DNA of 53,394 bases, counting the filler, from Sphacelaria rigidula (Eukaryota), in the NCBI GenBank assembly GCA_964200075.2. It is 3 parts of 3 records of this genome, joined end to end, with 100 filler letters (N's around TTAATTAATTAA, not from the genome) between each part and the next. Parts side by side here need not be neighbours in the genome. Positions count along the whole stretch, not along the records: positions 35,672 to 53,394 come from CAXNAA020001008.1; 2 more parts are not named here. One strand, 5' to 3'. The translations under genes were made by a program, and so were the position numbers. The notes under the pieces are model-generated. The model was not told the origin of the DNA, made no database searches, and was given only the letters and a program-made list of their open reading frames with translations. Each line of letters begins with the position of its first letter. Within the stretch, counting starts at the first letter, position 1. Below, piece after piece: positions 35,672 through 47,100 of this stretch.

Positions 35672-38600
35672 CTCAGAAAATTAGTAGCGTGGACGAATAA
35701 AAAACGAGCGAATTCGATTCGACCGCACGTTTTCGACACCAAAACAATTTGATAAGGCCAACTCTTGTGGGAGCGTTTAGAATTTTCTTTCTTGCATTAA
35801 TTTTAAGCGACTTTTTTTTTCTTTGCCGTAGTTGTGTATTTTGTGCCCGTTCACCATGATGACAAGGAAAAAAGGAAAAACTCCTCTGAAATTGTTGCAA
35901 AATAAAGTTTCAAACGCTTCTATAAGAGTTTGCCTAAGACATGGCCTTTGGCATCCGAAAATTTCAAGATGGTTTCCAACATTGGGGTTTCCCTCGAGGA
36001 TTTGTGCCAACATCGAAATCCTCTGGATCGTTCCTGAAATCCCATTCTTCTCACAGCATATATATTTGGAAATTGTTCAGCGCGGGGGCTGTCCGGGGTA
36101 AATCCTCGTTTTTCGCAATTTAGATTTTTTTTTGTAATTCCAAACTGGGAAAATCCTCGTTTTGCCAACCGCAATTAATTCATCCTAAATTGGACAAAGA
36201 GAGGACTTGCGAACTGCCTCTGGATTCCGATCAACACAGCAAACAGTGGCACCCAGTTCTTCGAAATGGTGAGAAAATAAACGTGTGGGGGGTTTAGTTG
36301 AAGAAACAAAACTCAGCTCTCATACCCTGTTGAACATACCTCTACCCTACGGAACACCACAATATTTCAATGTTTTGGAGTTGAACCTCATTCCAACCTC
36401 ACTTTCGAAAATATCATATCTAAAGCTAACAAAGTGATCGTGAGATTTAGAGTAAATGGTACAATCGAGAGTGAAAAACGACTGTCAACTAGTGAATGAG
36501 TCGTTTCAGTTCCGAAATGCCCCTCCATTCACGAGGCCCGATATGTCTTTTTTTGTAGTAGCTTGCCACTGAGGCTCTTGATATCCCTGAGTAGAATATC
36601 GACGTATAGTTGTGAGCACACGCTATAGTGATAGAAGCGAAAAAACTCACACACGGAATACAAATTTGCTACGTTGAAGCGATTTATCGAAGCCACTCTC
36701 AATCAGCGCTCTACTCTCAATCTCACGAAAACGTTGTTATCTTAAATTTGTACTACAAAGTTTGAGCTGGCCAACTACAGTAGTACTTCAATACCTCAGA
36801 TAGATGCGAGTTCCGAGTTGACTTTTTTGTACAACCAACCTGCAATTAGATACCCCAAATTGGCAATGCGGGTGTTTCAAGTGCTCATTTCCAGCTACAG
36901 TATAGCCAAAAGGCACCTCGGATATGCCGTCTCCGCGAAATTTCCAGTCGGATTATGTTCGTTCCTCGATTTCAGTCGGAATCGGGTGCGCGAGACTTCG
37001 TTTTATCATGAAGCTGCCCCTTACTTACATGCCCTACAGTTATCTACCATTCTTGATAAACTTCGGGGATGCAGCATTCCGTTTCACAGGTGCAAGTTGA
37101 TGCGAGAGTGCAGTCACAACGTAAAACGAACGGACCTCCCCCGAAAATCTTACACAATCACGAGGACCCCGGATGTCCTCTTGCCTGTTTTCGCTGCTTG
37201 ACTCTCGGTCTTCTTCCAAGGTCCGGTTTACGTACTTGATTGTCTGATCGTGCGTTGGCATTGGTGACAGGAACAGTAGTGTACCGGGAGGAGTACCGCG
37301 GTACGCCGTAGTCGCGCATCTTTACGCCGCGTATCTCCTCGTTCCGGGGAAAGGGAGGGCAGGAAAAGCACTATGGGAAATGAACAGAGTGCCGGAGGAC
37401 AGGGCCAGGCTGTGCTCGAGACCGGTCTGAGATTATCTACCCTCTGCCGATACCAGGCTAAGACAGGTACGCATGCTTTCTGCGCGTAATGGGCTCATGA
37501 ATATTGTGCTGTACTGTACTGTCCAGTACCCTTTCCTCTGACCTACGGCATATTCAGACGTCGTACGGACAGCTCCACGGTGATGGTCTATTCATCATTG
37601 CATTCCTGAGAGATCACAGGCGGCACTTGACTTTACTTCGCCATTTACTATGTATACACCCTGATCAGTCTGCTCCTTCCCTTCGTTGCATCGGAAGACT
37701 CTGAGGTATTTCATTATCATGCAATCAACCCAACCAGCCCTCACACGCCTGCTCGTAGAATTGTTCTGACAAGTTATCCTTTTCCTCCTCCCAGGCTTTG
37801 TTTGTGTCTCTGAAAATAATCGTCACACTACGAGTACCGAGTACTGTTGGACTGTACAAAAAAGGAGATGAACCGTTTTGTAGTATGGTACTGTCGTAGT
37901 AACACTCACAACAGTATACGGTGACAGCAATACCCGTAGAGACGTCGCCGTTTGCATGTTTTGTTCTGTGTACGGTACTTGTTTAGACAGTACAACCGCC
38001 TACAGCAGTAGAACAGACAGTTCCTACAGTAGCAGGGCAGTTTTTGCGCTTTAGTGTACTGTGCGTGCCGTTCTGTATGTACCGCTACTAAACCACTACG
38101 AAAGGCGGGGACGTCGTCCTCCTCTACAGCTCCAGATGGCGTGATGCGCGAAAATGACGTTCCTCTTGGCCTGCACCGCTTTCATTGCGCATAACGTACA
38201 TCAATGCACCACGCCATGCGCGCTGTTCACCCACCTTTGATAGACAAGGTAAAAATGGAGGAAAGCAATACTCGTACTACTCGACCACTGCGGTAAAGTG
38301 TTTAGTCTAGGCATTTTTCTCGTCGTATTTACACATCTCCCTTAGTTCAATTGTGCAGAGATTTCGGCAAGACTCAATCGTGATGATTACCCGCGTAAAG
38401 TTTGCGTGAACGACTGATCGTCTAAAACAATTTCCCCATTTCCTGCCTGGATAGGACGCGCCCGGAACACTATCCTTGGTTCGGAAATGTATTCGGGCCC
38501 TCAAAGCCCAGTCGCGTATACGACAAGCCGTCGTACCACCTTGACGATTCAAACACGATTGGTATTGAATTTGGACCATCACATTCTGATCTATGGAGGC

Positions 38601-39703
38601 TGCCGATGCCAGTTGCTTGCCCAGTGCGCAGCACGCGTTTCGGCTGAAACCAATTTGGGCTATGCCGAGGCAAAGCTTGTCGAGAGAACCCTCTGCACCC
38701 CTGCCGCCCCGAGCTTCCTTAGTCTGCCTCGAGTTGAGATTGTGCCCAGGGTTAGGCTCATTCGATTGCCAGGCCGGGTAAAATGTTACACCGATATAAT
38801 TTTCACTTGAACAATGAGTATGAAGCCCACATTCACCCTTTGGATGGTTTGGTGTCGAGTTTGGATTCTCGGTGAAGTCGCAACAACTGGGTTCCTCTCA
38901 CAAAAAGCCCCAACAGTACAGCTGTTGTCGTTTCGTGAGTATCTTCAAGCAAGAGTTGATTCAACTACGAGTATCGAAAAAGGGGCAGCCGAACCCTTCT
39001 CGCGGGTAAAATTGGAGCAAGCACCGCTGAAAGAAAGTCGAGAAGACAAGAACAAAAAAGAAGAAAAAAACTTGTATATGACCCCGGCCAAGCCCCGGCT
39101 AATACTGTAGAGTTTGGCTACGTACCAGAGGTGTGACGTAAGTAGGCCTTCAGAATGAATGAGACGAAAACACGAAGAGAGGCACACACATGCACTGGTC
39201 GAGGGGGTCGAGGTTTTGTCATTGAAAACTTATGTTCAACCGTGAGTGTGACGCGACGACTTGGGGTAGACCCACCCTATTCCTCCGAAATGTATCATGA
39301 AGAGAAAGTGGCCCAAGAGGTACTTCTTTGGTTTATGGAAATGAGTGCGTTAGGACCCGTGGCCGTTTTTCTGGTGAAGCCACGTGGATGTACGTCCTGC
39401 TTCTGTCTCTGCTCAGTGCAATGCATCAGTGCGTAGCTCTTGCCAACACAAAAGAGGGTATGTAGGTGGCGAAGACGCCGCGGAGAGCACAATGATCCAC
39501 CAAAATGATCAACCCACCGGGTCTGTTGCACGACGTGAAAATGGCTGCAACACGCATGGTTGATCTGCGAAGCAATCACCGGCGATCGGGAAACCTGCAT
39601 GCCCCCCTTTCGATACGAGAATACGTCGGCTGTCAGTTGAAAAATGTTCCGAAATGGTGCTGGAGGTGGAACGGTCACACACATCGGACAACTCATGATT
39701 TAA

Positions 39704-39794
39704 CCCTTTGGCCGCGAGGGTAGGTAGGTCACCTGCTGAATCGGCATCAATATCCCCTTGAAAAAGGTCTCCATGATCCAGTTCGGTCTAAGGG
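39704..39794 (+). mobile_element. 91-bp piggyBac-like mini-element with perfect TTAA flanks
   Basis: TTAA|CCCTT...AAGGG|TTAA (TTAA at 39700-39703 and 39795-39798); homologous copies at 4589, 26149 and 41636. Confidence 0.75.
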
Positions 39795-39806
39795 TTAACT
39801 CCATTA

Positions 39807-39902
39807 TGCGGTATAACCCATCCAGTGGAAATAGCCACCGTTGAACTACACCGCATAATTCATCTAGTGGGAATAGCTACCGCTGAGTTATGCGGTATAA
39901 CC
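39807..39902. repeat. Short ~42-bp tandem repeat containing a small hairpin motif
   Basis: catc(c/t)agtgg(a/g)aatagc(c/t)accg(t/c)tga occurs twice, interleaved with ttatgcggtataa in +,-,+ orientation. Confidence 0.6.
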
Positions 39903-40074
39903 AAGCCATTCGAAAGAAGTATATACCATATATCTCAGCGCTGAGTTATTCGAGAACACGTTAACGCGAGCTACCGTGAATGAGTTGTCCAACGTGTGAA
40001 GGGTTACCTTTGGGGTGCGAGCCTCTCCTCAGGTCAGTTAAGTTGACTAACAATCTAGTGACACTCAGGACGCC

Positions 40075-40420
40075 GTCGCCCCGATGGCTCAGTTGGTTAC
40101 CTTGAAACCTTCTGACGGTTGGGTCATGGGTTCAAATCTCGGAGCGATCTGGGATTTATTCTCACACCATGCCCAACAGGGGAGAGTGACCATGTCGTGG
40201 GTACACAAAACTCGACTTGACGGTCCACGAGGGAAAGGGATTACTGAACCCCTTTCGCGATGAAAGATAAAAGGCAAGCACCGCAGAAGGAAGGCGAGGT
40301 ACTCAAAACAAATGAAGAAAAAGCTCCTGTGTTGCCCTTCCTCCTGTGTGACATCACCTGGTGCGCCCACATATGCCGGAAGGCGTAGCCCGGCGTCCAG
40401 AATAGAAGGGACGGCAACAA
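40075..40420 (+). mobile_element. tRNA-headed composite SINE-like element (family A plus 3' module)
   Basis: A box TGGCTCAGTTGG, B box GGTTCAAATC, body to ~40304, A-rich linker, then module ctgtgttgcccttcctcctgtgtgac...tccagaatagaagggacggcaacaa. Confidence 0.8.
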
Positions 40421-40711
40421 TCGGAAGTTTCCAGCAGTCGGGACAGTTGTTCGGAGGACGGAGTGGATGCATTTCCAAAACAACCGTACAGCTCACGAAG
40501 ACGACCATGCGTATCTGGAAGTTTCCCGAGGAAACTTCTTACCCTTTTTGCCGTCGGAGACCTCAGATGAACCGTAGATGGACGCCTCCAAAAAGTATGA
40601 AAAACGGCGGATCCGCCCATATTGAAAACGCCATACCACGCGAGGGAGGGGTTCGAGACCCGTAATTTCTGCAGGTCTAAGTGTTATCGGTATCAAGTAG
40701 GTAAGACGGAA

Positions 40712-40820
40712 GTGTGTGTTGTCATCCCATCTATTCTGGACGCTAGTCTGCACCTTCGGTAGATGCGGGCGCACCAACCGGGGTCACACAGGAGGAGGGT
40801 CAACACAGAAGTTTTTTTCT
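40712..40820 (-). repeat. Solo copy of the ~100-bp SINE 3' module
   Basis: Inverted homologue of 40322-40420 and same-orientation homologue of 17169-17290. Confidence 0.75.
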
Positions 40821-40840
40821 TGTTTTCAGAAAACCGCCGC

Positions 40841-41144
40841 GCCCCGGTGGTGTAATGGTCCGACTGTCGCCATCAGGGTGGAGAGAACGAGGGTTTGATT
40901 CCCGACGCGTTGAGTTTTTTAATCGTAGTGTCTGATTTCCACCGTAGAAAGCGTGAGAACGTGAGCACACAGAGTAGTCAACTGAGTTTGTTTGACGTGA
41001 GTTGACGCGGTGTGGCAGTGTTGACCCAACCCGCGAGACGAAAGTGAAAGGCGTGTGCCGGGAGATAGACGGGCTGATTGATCCCTTGAGACCACGGACT
41101 CGTCCCGAGGAAGGGGAGAAGTTCAAAGTGCGAAGAAAAAAAAA
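40841..41144 (+). mobile_element. tRNA-headed SINE-like family B with A-rich tail
   Basis: A box TGGTGTAATGG (40848), B box GGTTTGATTCC (40892), body homologous to 19340-19585, ends in an A run. Confidence 0.7.
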
Positions 41145-41375
41145 GTACTTCACCTTCCTCATGTGGTGCTTGCCTTTATTTTTTATCGCGAGAGGGGTCC
41201 AGCAGTCCCTTTCCCTCGTCGACCGTTGAGTCAAATTTTGTGTACCCACGACATCGTCGCTCTCCACTGTTGTTGGCCATGGTGGGAAAGAACATCCCAA
41301 ATCACTCCGAGATTTGAACCCACGACCCAACCATCAGAAGGTTTCGAGGTTACCAACTGAGCCACTGGGGCGACC
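41145..41375 (-). mobile_element. tRNA-headed SINE-like family A lacking the 3' module
   Basis: Minus strand gtcgccccagtggctcagttggtaacctcgaaaccttctgatggttgggtcgtgggttcaaatctcggag..., homologous to 40075-40304; lies tail-to-tail with family B. Confidence 0.8.
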
Positions 41376-41635
41376 GGCTTGCGAGTAAAATGCAACCAAA
41401 ATAGTGGAAAATAATTACAGAGCGCGACAGATGTTAGGAAGTTAATAATCTCAGAGTCGTTTTTTGAGAAAATTAAGAAATTATGAGTAAGCATTTGTGC
41501 TTAACTCGAGAGGGGAAATAAGAATCAGAAATCGGAAAGTGCAAGGGAGTCGGCAGGTGAGATTCTACAAGATCGCACTCCACCTCACAAAAAACTGCTA
41601 CATCATGCCTCCAATTGAGCTGCCCTGTCTCTTGA

Positions 41636-41748
41636 CCCTTTAGAAACCCACTGGCGATTTCTGTTTTTGTGAATCGGCATCATTTCGACTTGAAGTGAAA
41701 ATGATGCCGATTCACAAAAACAAGAATTGTCAACGGGTCCCAAAAGGG
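41636..41748. mobile_element. Palindromic variant of the piggyBac-like mini-element
   Basis: TTGA|CCCTT...AAGGG|TTAA; internal perfect stem tgtttttgtgaatcggcatcattt / aaatgatgccgattcacaaaaaca. Confidence 0.7.
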
Positions 41749-42226
41749 TTAAATTGGCAAACGACATTGATCTCCACTGGGCCACCTCATGGATGATGAC
41801 AATATGTACGAAACTCGTACAGTACTGTAGTGTATTTTGTTCCGATTTTGTCTTCCGGTACAAGACCAGTCTGCCTACTGCTTTCTGCTGGCTCACGGTA
41901 CAGTACTGTACCTGTAGTCCCTTTTGGCAGAGGGTTTTTCTAGAGCCTACCCACAAACGGAAGGGGGGAGAGGGGGGAATACGGTCAAAAGGGGGGCGGG
42001 CAGAACAGCCAGCGCGGTGATCCCGAAAAAGGCCGGAAAAACCCGGCAGTCGGTAGGAGGAGGAGAGTATTGACGCCTAATGTGCATGATATAGACCATG
42101 CGGATTTAGTGGCTGTTTTTGCTACAGTAGTACAGTGCTACAGCAGTTTTGTAGTCGTCGGAGGTAGGCAACATGAACTTTTATCCCTGCAGTCCTGGAG
42201 AGCTTCGACACACCATGAAAATCTAT

Positions 42227-42340
42227 TGAAATACAGTATGAGTGGTACATGCAATGAACCCAACATGATTCTTGACAATCCAGTGAAATACAGTATGAGT
42301 GGTATATCCAATGAACCGCATATGATTCTTCACAATCGCT
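42227..42340 (+). repeat. 57-bp tandem duplication
   Basis: tgaaatacagtatgagtggta.at.caatgaacc..a.atgattctt.acaatc occurs twice in tandem. Confidence 0.85.
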
Positions 42341-44163
42341 CAGGAAAAAAATCACTGTATGGGATGCCTGTGCAAAATTATAATATCAAAATGAAGCATT
42401 CGACGTTTGGCACCTCTTCGAACACTGAAGATTTGGATTTGAGTATTTCTGCGGAATCGGACAGAAAATAAGACCCCGAGCCTCGCTCGAAATAAGAGTT
42501 ACTTAACATCTGCCGCGCTCTGTTTTTTTTTATTATGGTATTTCCACGACCCCGGAGGTGAAGCACGAATCGAGCACAGATTCGTTACGTGCGTCCCACA
42601 TCACATTCTCCCAGCTGATTACGGTGCAGTCATGGTTTGTGTTGAGGTTTCGATAGCAGTCCTCAGGGTCACTTCGAGCGAATAGGAAGGATGACAGAGA
42701 CAACCGAGCGCTGTCTTGTTCTGTGTAGTCCAAAGGCGACCGTCAGTGGCTCACCGGTCACGCTTCGTCGCACAACACATCACCCGAGTTGAACACAAGG
42801 GAGTAATGGTCCCTGGCCAGCGGGTGTGGGGTCAAACACCGGACATGATGTTCTTCTCACCACCGCATGCACGGCAGCGCCTGTATCTGTTGTCGGCAGG
42901 CCACTTTACTGCTGTATATGCAAACGGTCATTTACATTTTGTGCAGACAGCGCAATATTGCCTGTACGGCATGTTCTTCCAAATGATGGTGATGGTGGCA
43001 CAGATCCCGTGGGACTGTCCACCGAGATACTTGTTGTACCAAAATGAGGGCCGGTGCTCCAAGGGTTGAGCCAGGAACGACGCCGGGGTGATTGAGGTTG
43101 AAATCAATCAGAAAACAAAAAGACAACTCCAAATCGAGCTACGAAGAGTCGTCATGCACCGGAAACGAACCCACGACGGTAGTGTTGACTCTCATGTAGC
43201 GAGTCGAACGCGTTGGACGAGTGACCACGTCTTCATCATTCGTGAACGTACCACTCATAAGAGCGATACCCCCATACTCGTAGATGTCCGCAGTACTTGA
43301 ACGTATTTAATAAGGCGCGCGAGTTTCGCGTTAAGGCCCTTTCGGAAAGTGTCAGCCACCACCCCCCGGCGAGACGTGGCATTTTTTACAGACAAGTGTG
43401 CTTGAGAAGAAAAATAAGAGGGTCAGGGTGAACTAATCTCAACTAATATTTTGCTGCACCCCTTATATAGGGTGCGACGTGATCTCAAGGTGTCCCCAGA
43501 ACTCAGTCTGTGCTACGATCGTAGTTTTATCTATCCGACTCGTGGTCAAATCGTGTTGGTAGCATTTTCCCGAATGTAGTGTACACCCCTTGCTCCGAGT
43601 CCAGTAGCGTACTCTCATCACGTGAACCAACCCCAGCCTCAGGGGTTTGGCTGCGTCTTGCGGGCTGACTCACCAGGATTACGATCACCCTCCCCGAGGA
43701 GGAAATGTGCGAACTAAACGAAGGGGGCATGCAATCGTTTCGCAGATGAGATAGTGGCGAGAAAACGAACGCTGTGCCCGGAGATAGATGGTGGCCACAG
43801 ACACCAAAATAGAGAAGGGGATATAAGATAAGTGAGGGGTTTTCATGTAACGGGTGGAAAATACGTGGTGAGCGCCCAGATGTAGGAGATGCCTGTATTA
43901 GGAAGAGTAATGGCTGTCCGTCTCGAAAGGGTTGCATAGTTACTCGTCAGATGACTGTTGTAAGGCGAGCGAAAAAAATAGGACGGCTCGCATGAAAAAA
44001 TCGAGTGCGGCGTAGGAACCGAGCGATCTGCCACGCCTTGCCGAAAACACTAGATACTCTCGAAGGTGCTTACGGTAGGGTACCGTGCCCTCAAGGTTCT
44101 CTGGGTTTCGCGGGGTATTGGCGGTCGAAGTATCGAGGTTTCCAGAGGAGCTTGGACAGCGCG

Positions 44164-47100
44164 ATGCACCCGCACACAACTCTACCCTACGAACCTTTGC
44201 ACATTTTGGCGATGGATGAAATAGCAGGCGGCGATGAGGGATTGACCTCGTTTAATTGGTTCAACCCGTCCACGGATATTTCGGGTCTCGTGCTCAAGGG
44301 TGCCCATCGCTGGGGATACGTGCCGTCCCACGCGGGGGGGCAGCGGCTCTTCAAGGATATGCGACAGCGGTTCTTCGTGTTGCTGGACCACTACCTTTGC
44401 TATTTCGAAGGGCATGGACCAGAGGTGTGTTCGATTCTTGTGCGTTTTTTTTTTTCCCACCTCCTTCTCGTACCATGTTAAAGGCTACGACTCACTTTAG
44501 AGTTTTTGACGTTTCATACCCGCCCGCCACGCGGAACGAGTCGTCTATTTTCTCGTTATCGCTGGGGAACTCCGTGTCGAACACGTGTATAAAATCTTCA
44601 ATCTTTCTTGTCGAGCGAAATGGAACAGCCAAAGAGCTTATCGTGCTTGATGAATGGACAGTGACCCAGATCGTCGCAGAACGTCTCGCAGAACGTGTTC
44701 TAAAATGATACACAAAAAACGGTATATTGGTACATTTTCTGATCTGTTTTGACCTGTGTGTGCTGTGACACTCCAGCGTATGCTTTTCCCTTTCCGGCTT
44801 TTCATTGTTTACTTGTTGTCATGTGTGTGGCACGAGTGGTCTTGTTTGCGTTCAACCAACGGTCCGGACCCGCGGTTATGAGAGGTATTCGTCTTGAATG
44901 TACTGGCAAGAAATCATGCCCAAAAGAGGAACACAACATAAGGGAACGTCAATGGGAATGGGAGAGTTCGAAACGCAAGCGCCGCGGCAGTCATTACGTG
45001 CTCCGTACACGCGTACTCGCGTTGGGGGTGGCTAAATCTATATTCCCCACGGACTGCAGGTTCACTCAATACTGTTGACATCGATCAATACTCTAGCCTT
45101 TGTGAGTTATAATGGAATGCTTGAGAAGCATGCTCTCGATACTCTCCTCACAACCTACGGCGCGAGAAATGTCTTTGAGCTCAAATATCAAGTGCCTTCT
45201 TCCATCAAAATTTATATCTTCTTTCGTTTCGTTTCGTTTTGTCTTGATGGCGCGGTGCATGCGCATCGACTCAACACACACGCACAATGACTAGTACGCT
45301 CGTGTGATGACATTTCAACAAATAACAGGCGCGAATGCGTGGCAGTATCGATCTAGACAAAAGTCACTGCCAGCTCGAGCTCCTGCCCCGGCCGCCTGAC
45401 AGAGTTGTGATCAACCACAACGGCGTGCCCACGACCGTGATAGAAGATGTTGCATCTTCGGACGACGCGGAAGAGCGCCATCATCGCGTTGAGGTCATCC
45501 GGAAGGCTGACGGATGGTCCATGGTGCTGTGTTTCCCGACAGCTGCCGAGCTGCAGAGCTGGATGAAGACCATTTTTGACGTCCAGCAGCGGAAGGCCAC
45601 CTTTAGCCCCCTCCGACACGCGGGGAGTGGGAACCTCAGCGTACGCGGCGAACCCGGCGGCAGCGGCAGCGATCGCGTAAGCGATAGCGGCGGTCAGTTA
45701 GGAGAAGGAAGACGCGCACCGGCACAAACGGCAATGACGGGGTACTTCATCCCGCGAGATAATACTCTCCGCTCTTCCTCAGGGTCCGGCAATCGACATC
45801 GCTCGGGCAGAAGGGGGTTGCGTCGGAGCAACCCTTCGTCTGCCCCCGCGGAGCTCGGGGTAGACGCCGACGACGCCGGTAGCGAAGGCTGGTTTCGCGT
45901 TTCCGCTGTAGAAAGCGGTCGGCGCCGTGTTGGGCGAAGGCATGGCGGCCGCCGTCAAAATCAGCAGAGGGGCACCCTGTACTCCCCCTCGCAGGGGCTG
46001 TCGTCGTCGATGCCGGGAGAGGAAGACGTTGACGGCGGCGGCAGCGCCGGTATTGGTGGCGTGCCCTTGTCCTGGGCGGACAGTAAGCAGAGCTGCGAGG
46101 ACCGGTCGTCTCAGATGGCAGCGCGACTGGGTAAGGCGGCGGAGAGACTCGCCGCACTGCCAAGAGGTGGTCGGGCCCCCGGCTCCGGAGAGGGGATCAA
46201 TAGTAGCCTGGACGAGTACGGCGCGTTCACGACGGCGCATGCCAGGTATTGTTTTACTCTTCCGGTAGCCTTTTGTGCGCTTGTTTTGATACTTGAGCGT
46301 GTGCGCGCGTTAGGTTTTGCCTCTGTACGCACGTGCTATACACAGTATGCTCGCCAGTGGGTGAGTTGCAGTTGTGCATGCTTTTGATAAGACATGGCCT
46401 TGACCGCGCCAGCGCTCCCGGTTAGGTTGAGCTTGAATAAACTCGAGTCAGAATTTTTTGCCCCCCTTCAATCTTCGGCACGCAGCTGTCCGCAACTACG
46501 CAGATGTTCATGGATTGCCCCCCTCCCCCCTCTCTCCCCTCTCCCTCTGCTCTTCCGACTAAATTGTAGTATCTACGAGGGTTGGACCCGGGGGCTGCAG
46601 GCCCACGGCTGGGGACGAATGATATGTGCGTCGGGGGACTACGTGCAGGGCTGGTGGGAGCATGACGTGCTCGAGGGCACGGGGCAACACACCAACCGGG
46701 AGGAAGGGTGGACTTATCGCGGTGGCTTCGTGGACGGAGAGAGGCACGGCCCCGGGAGGCTCGAAACGGCCGAGGGGGACGTATGGGAGTGCGAGTGGCG
46801 GCACGGGGTGGTGGCGGTGGGGGTCAGCGGCACTCATCACAAGGCAGCTTCGTCGTCGTTGTTGACTTGTCCTGGTGGGGGTGCCGGCTTCGAGGAGGTG
46901 TATCAAGGTGGATGTGCGCCATCGAGCGAGAATCCGAAGGTGCCGTGTCGGGCCGGGCACGGGCGGCTGAAGAGGCGGGACGGAGAGCAGGTGGAGACAC
47001 ACTTTAGGGCTGGGAAGGCGGTAGATGGCGCGAAGGGCGTGGTACGGTTCCGAAACGGGGCGATTTTTTTCGGCCAGCTGCAGGACGCGCGGCCGCACGG

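Noticed and set aside
40075..40150. Functional tRNA gene (also 41300-41375, 40841-40910, 20690-20760)
   Set aside because: A and B boxes are present, but I could not fold an acceptor stem or canonical anticodon arm, and most heads continue into repeated bodies.
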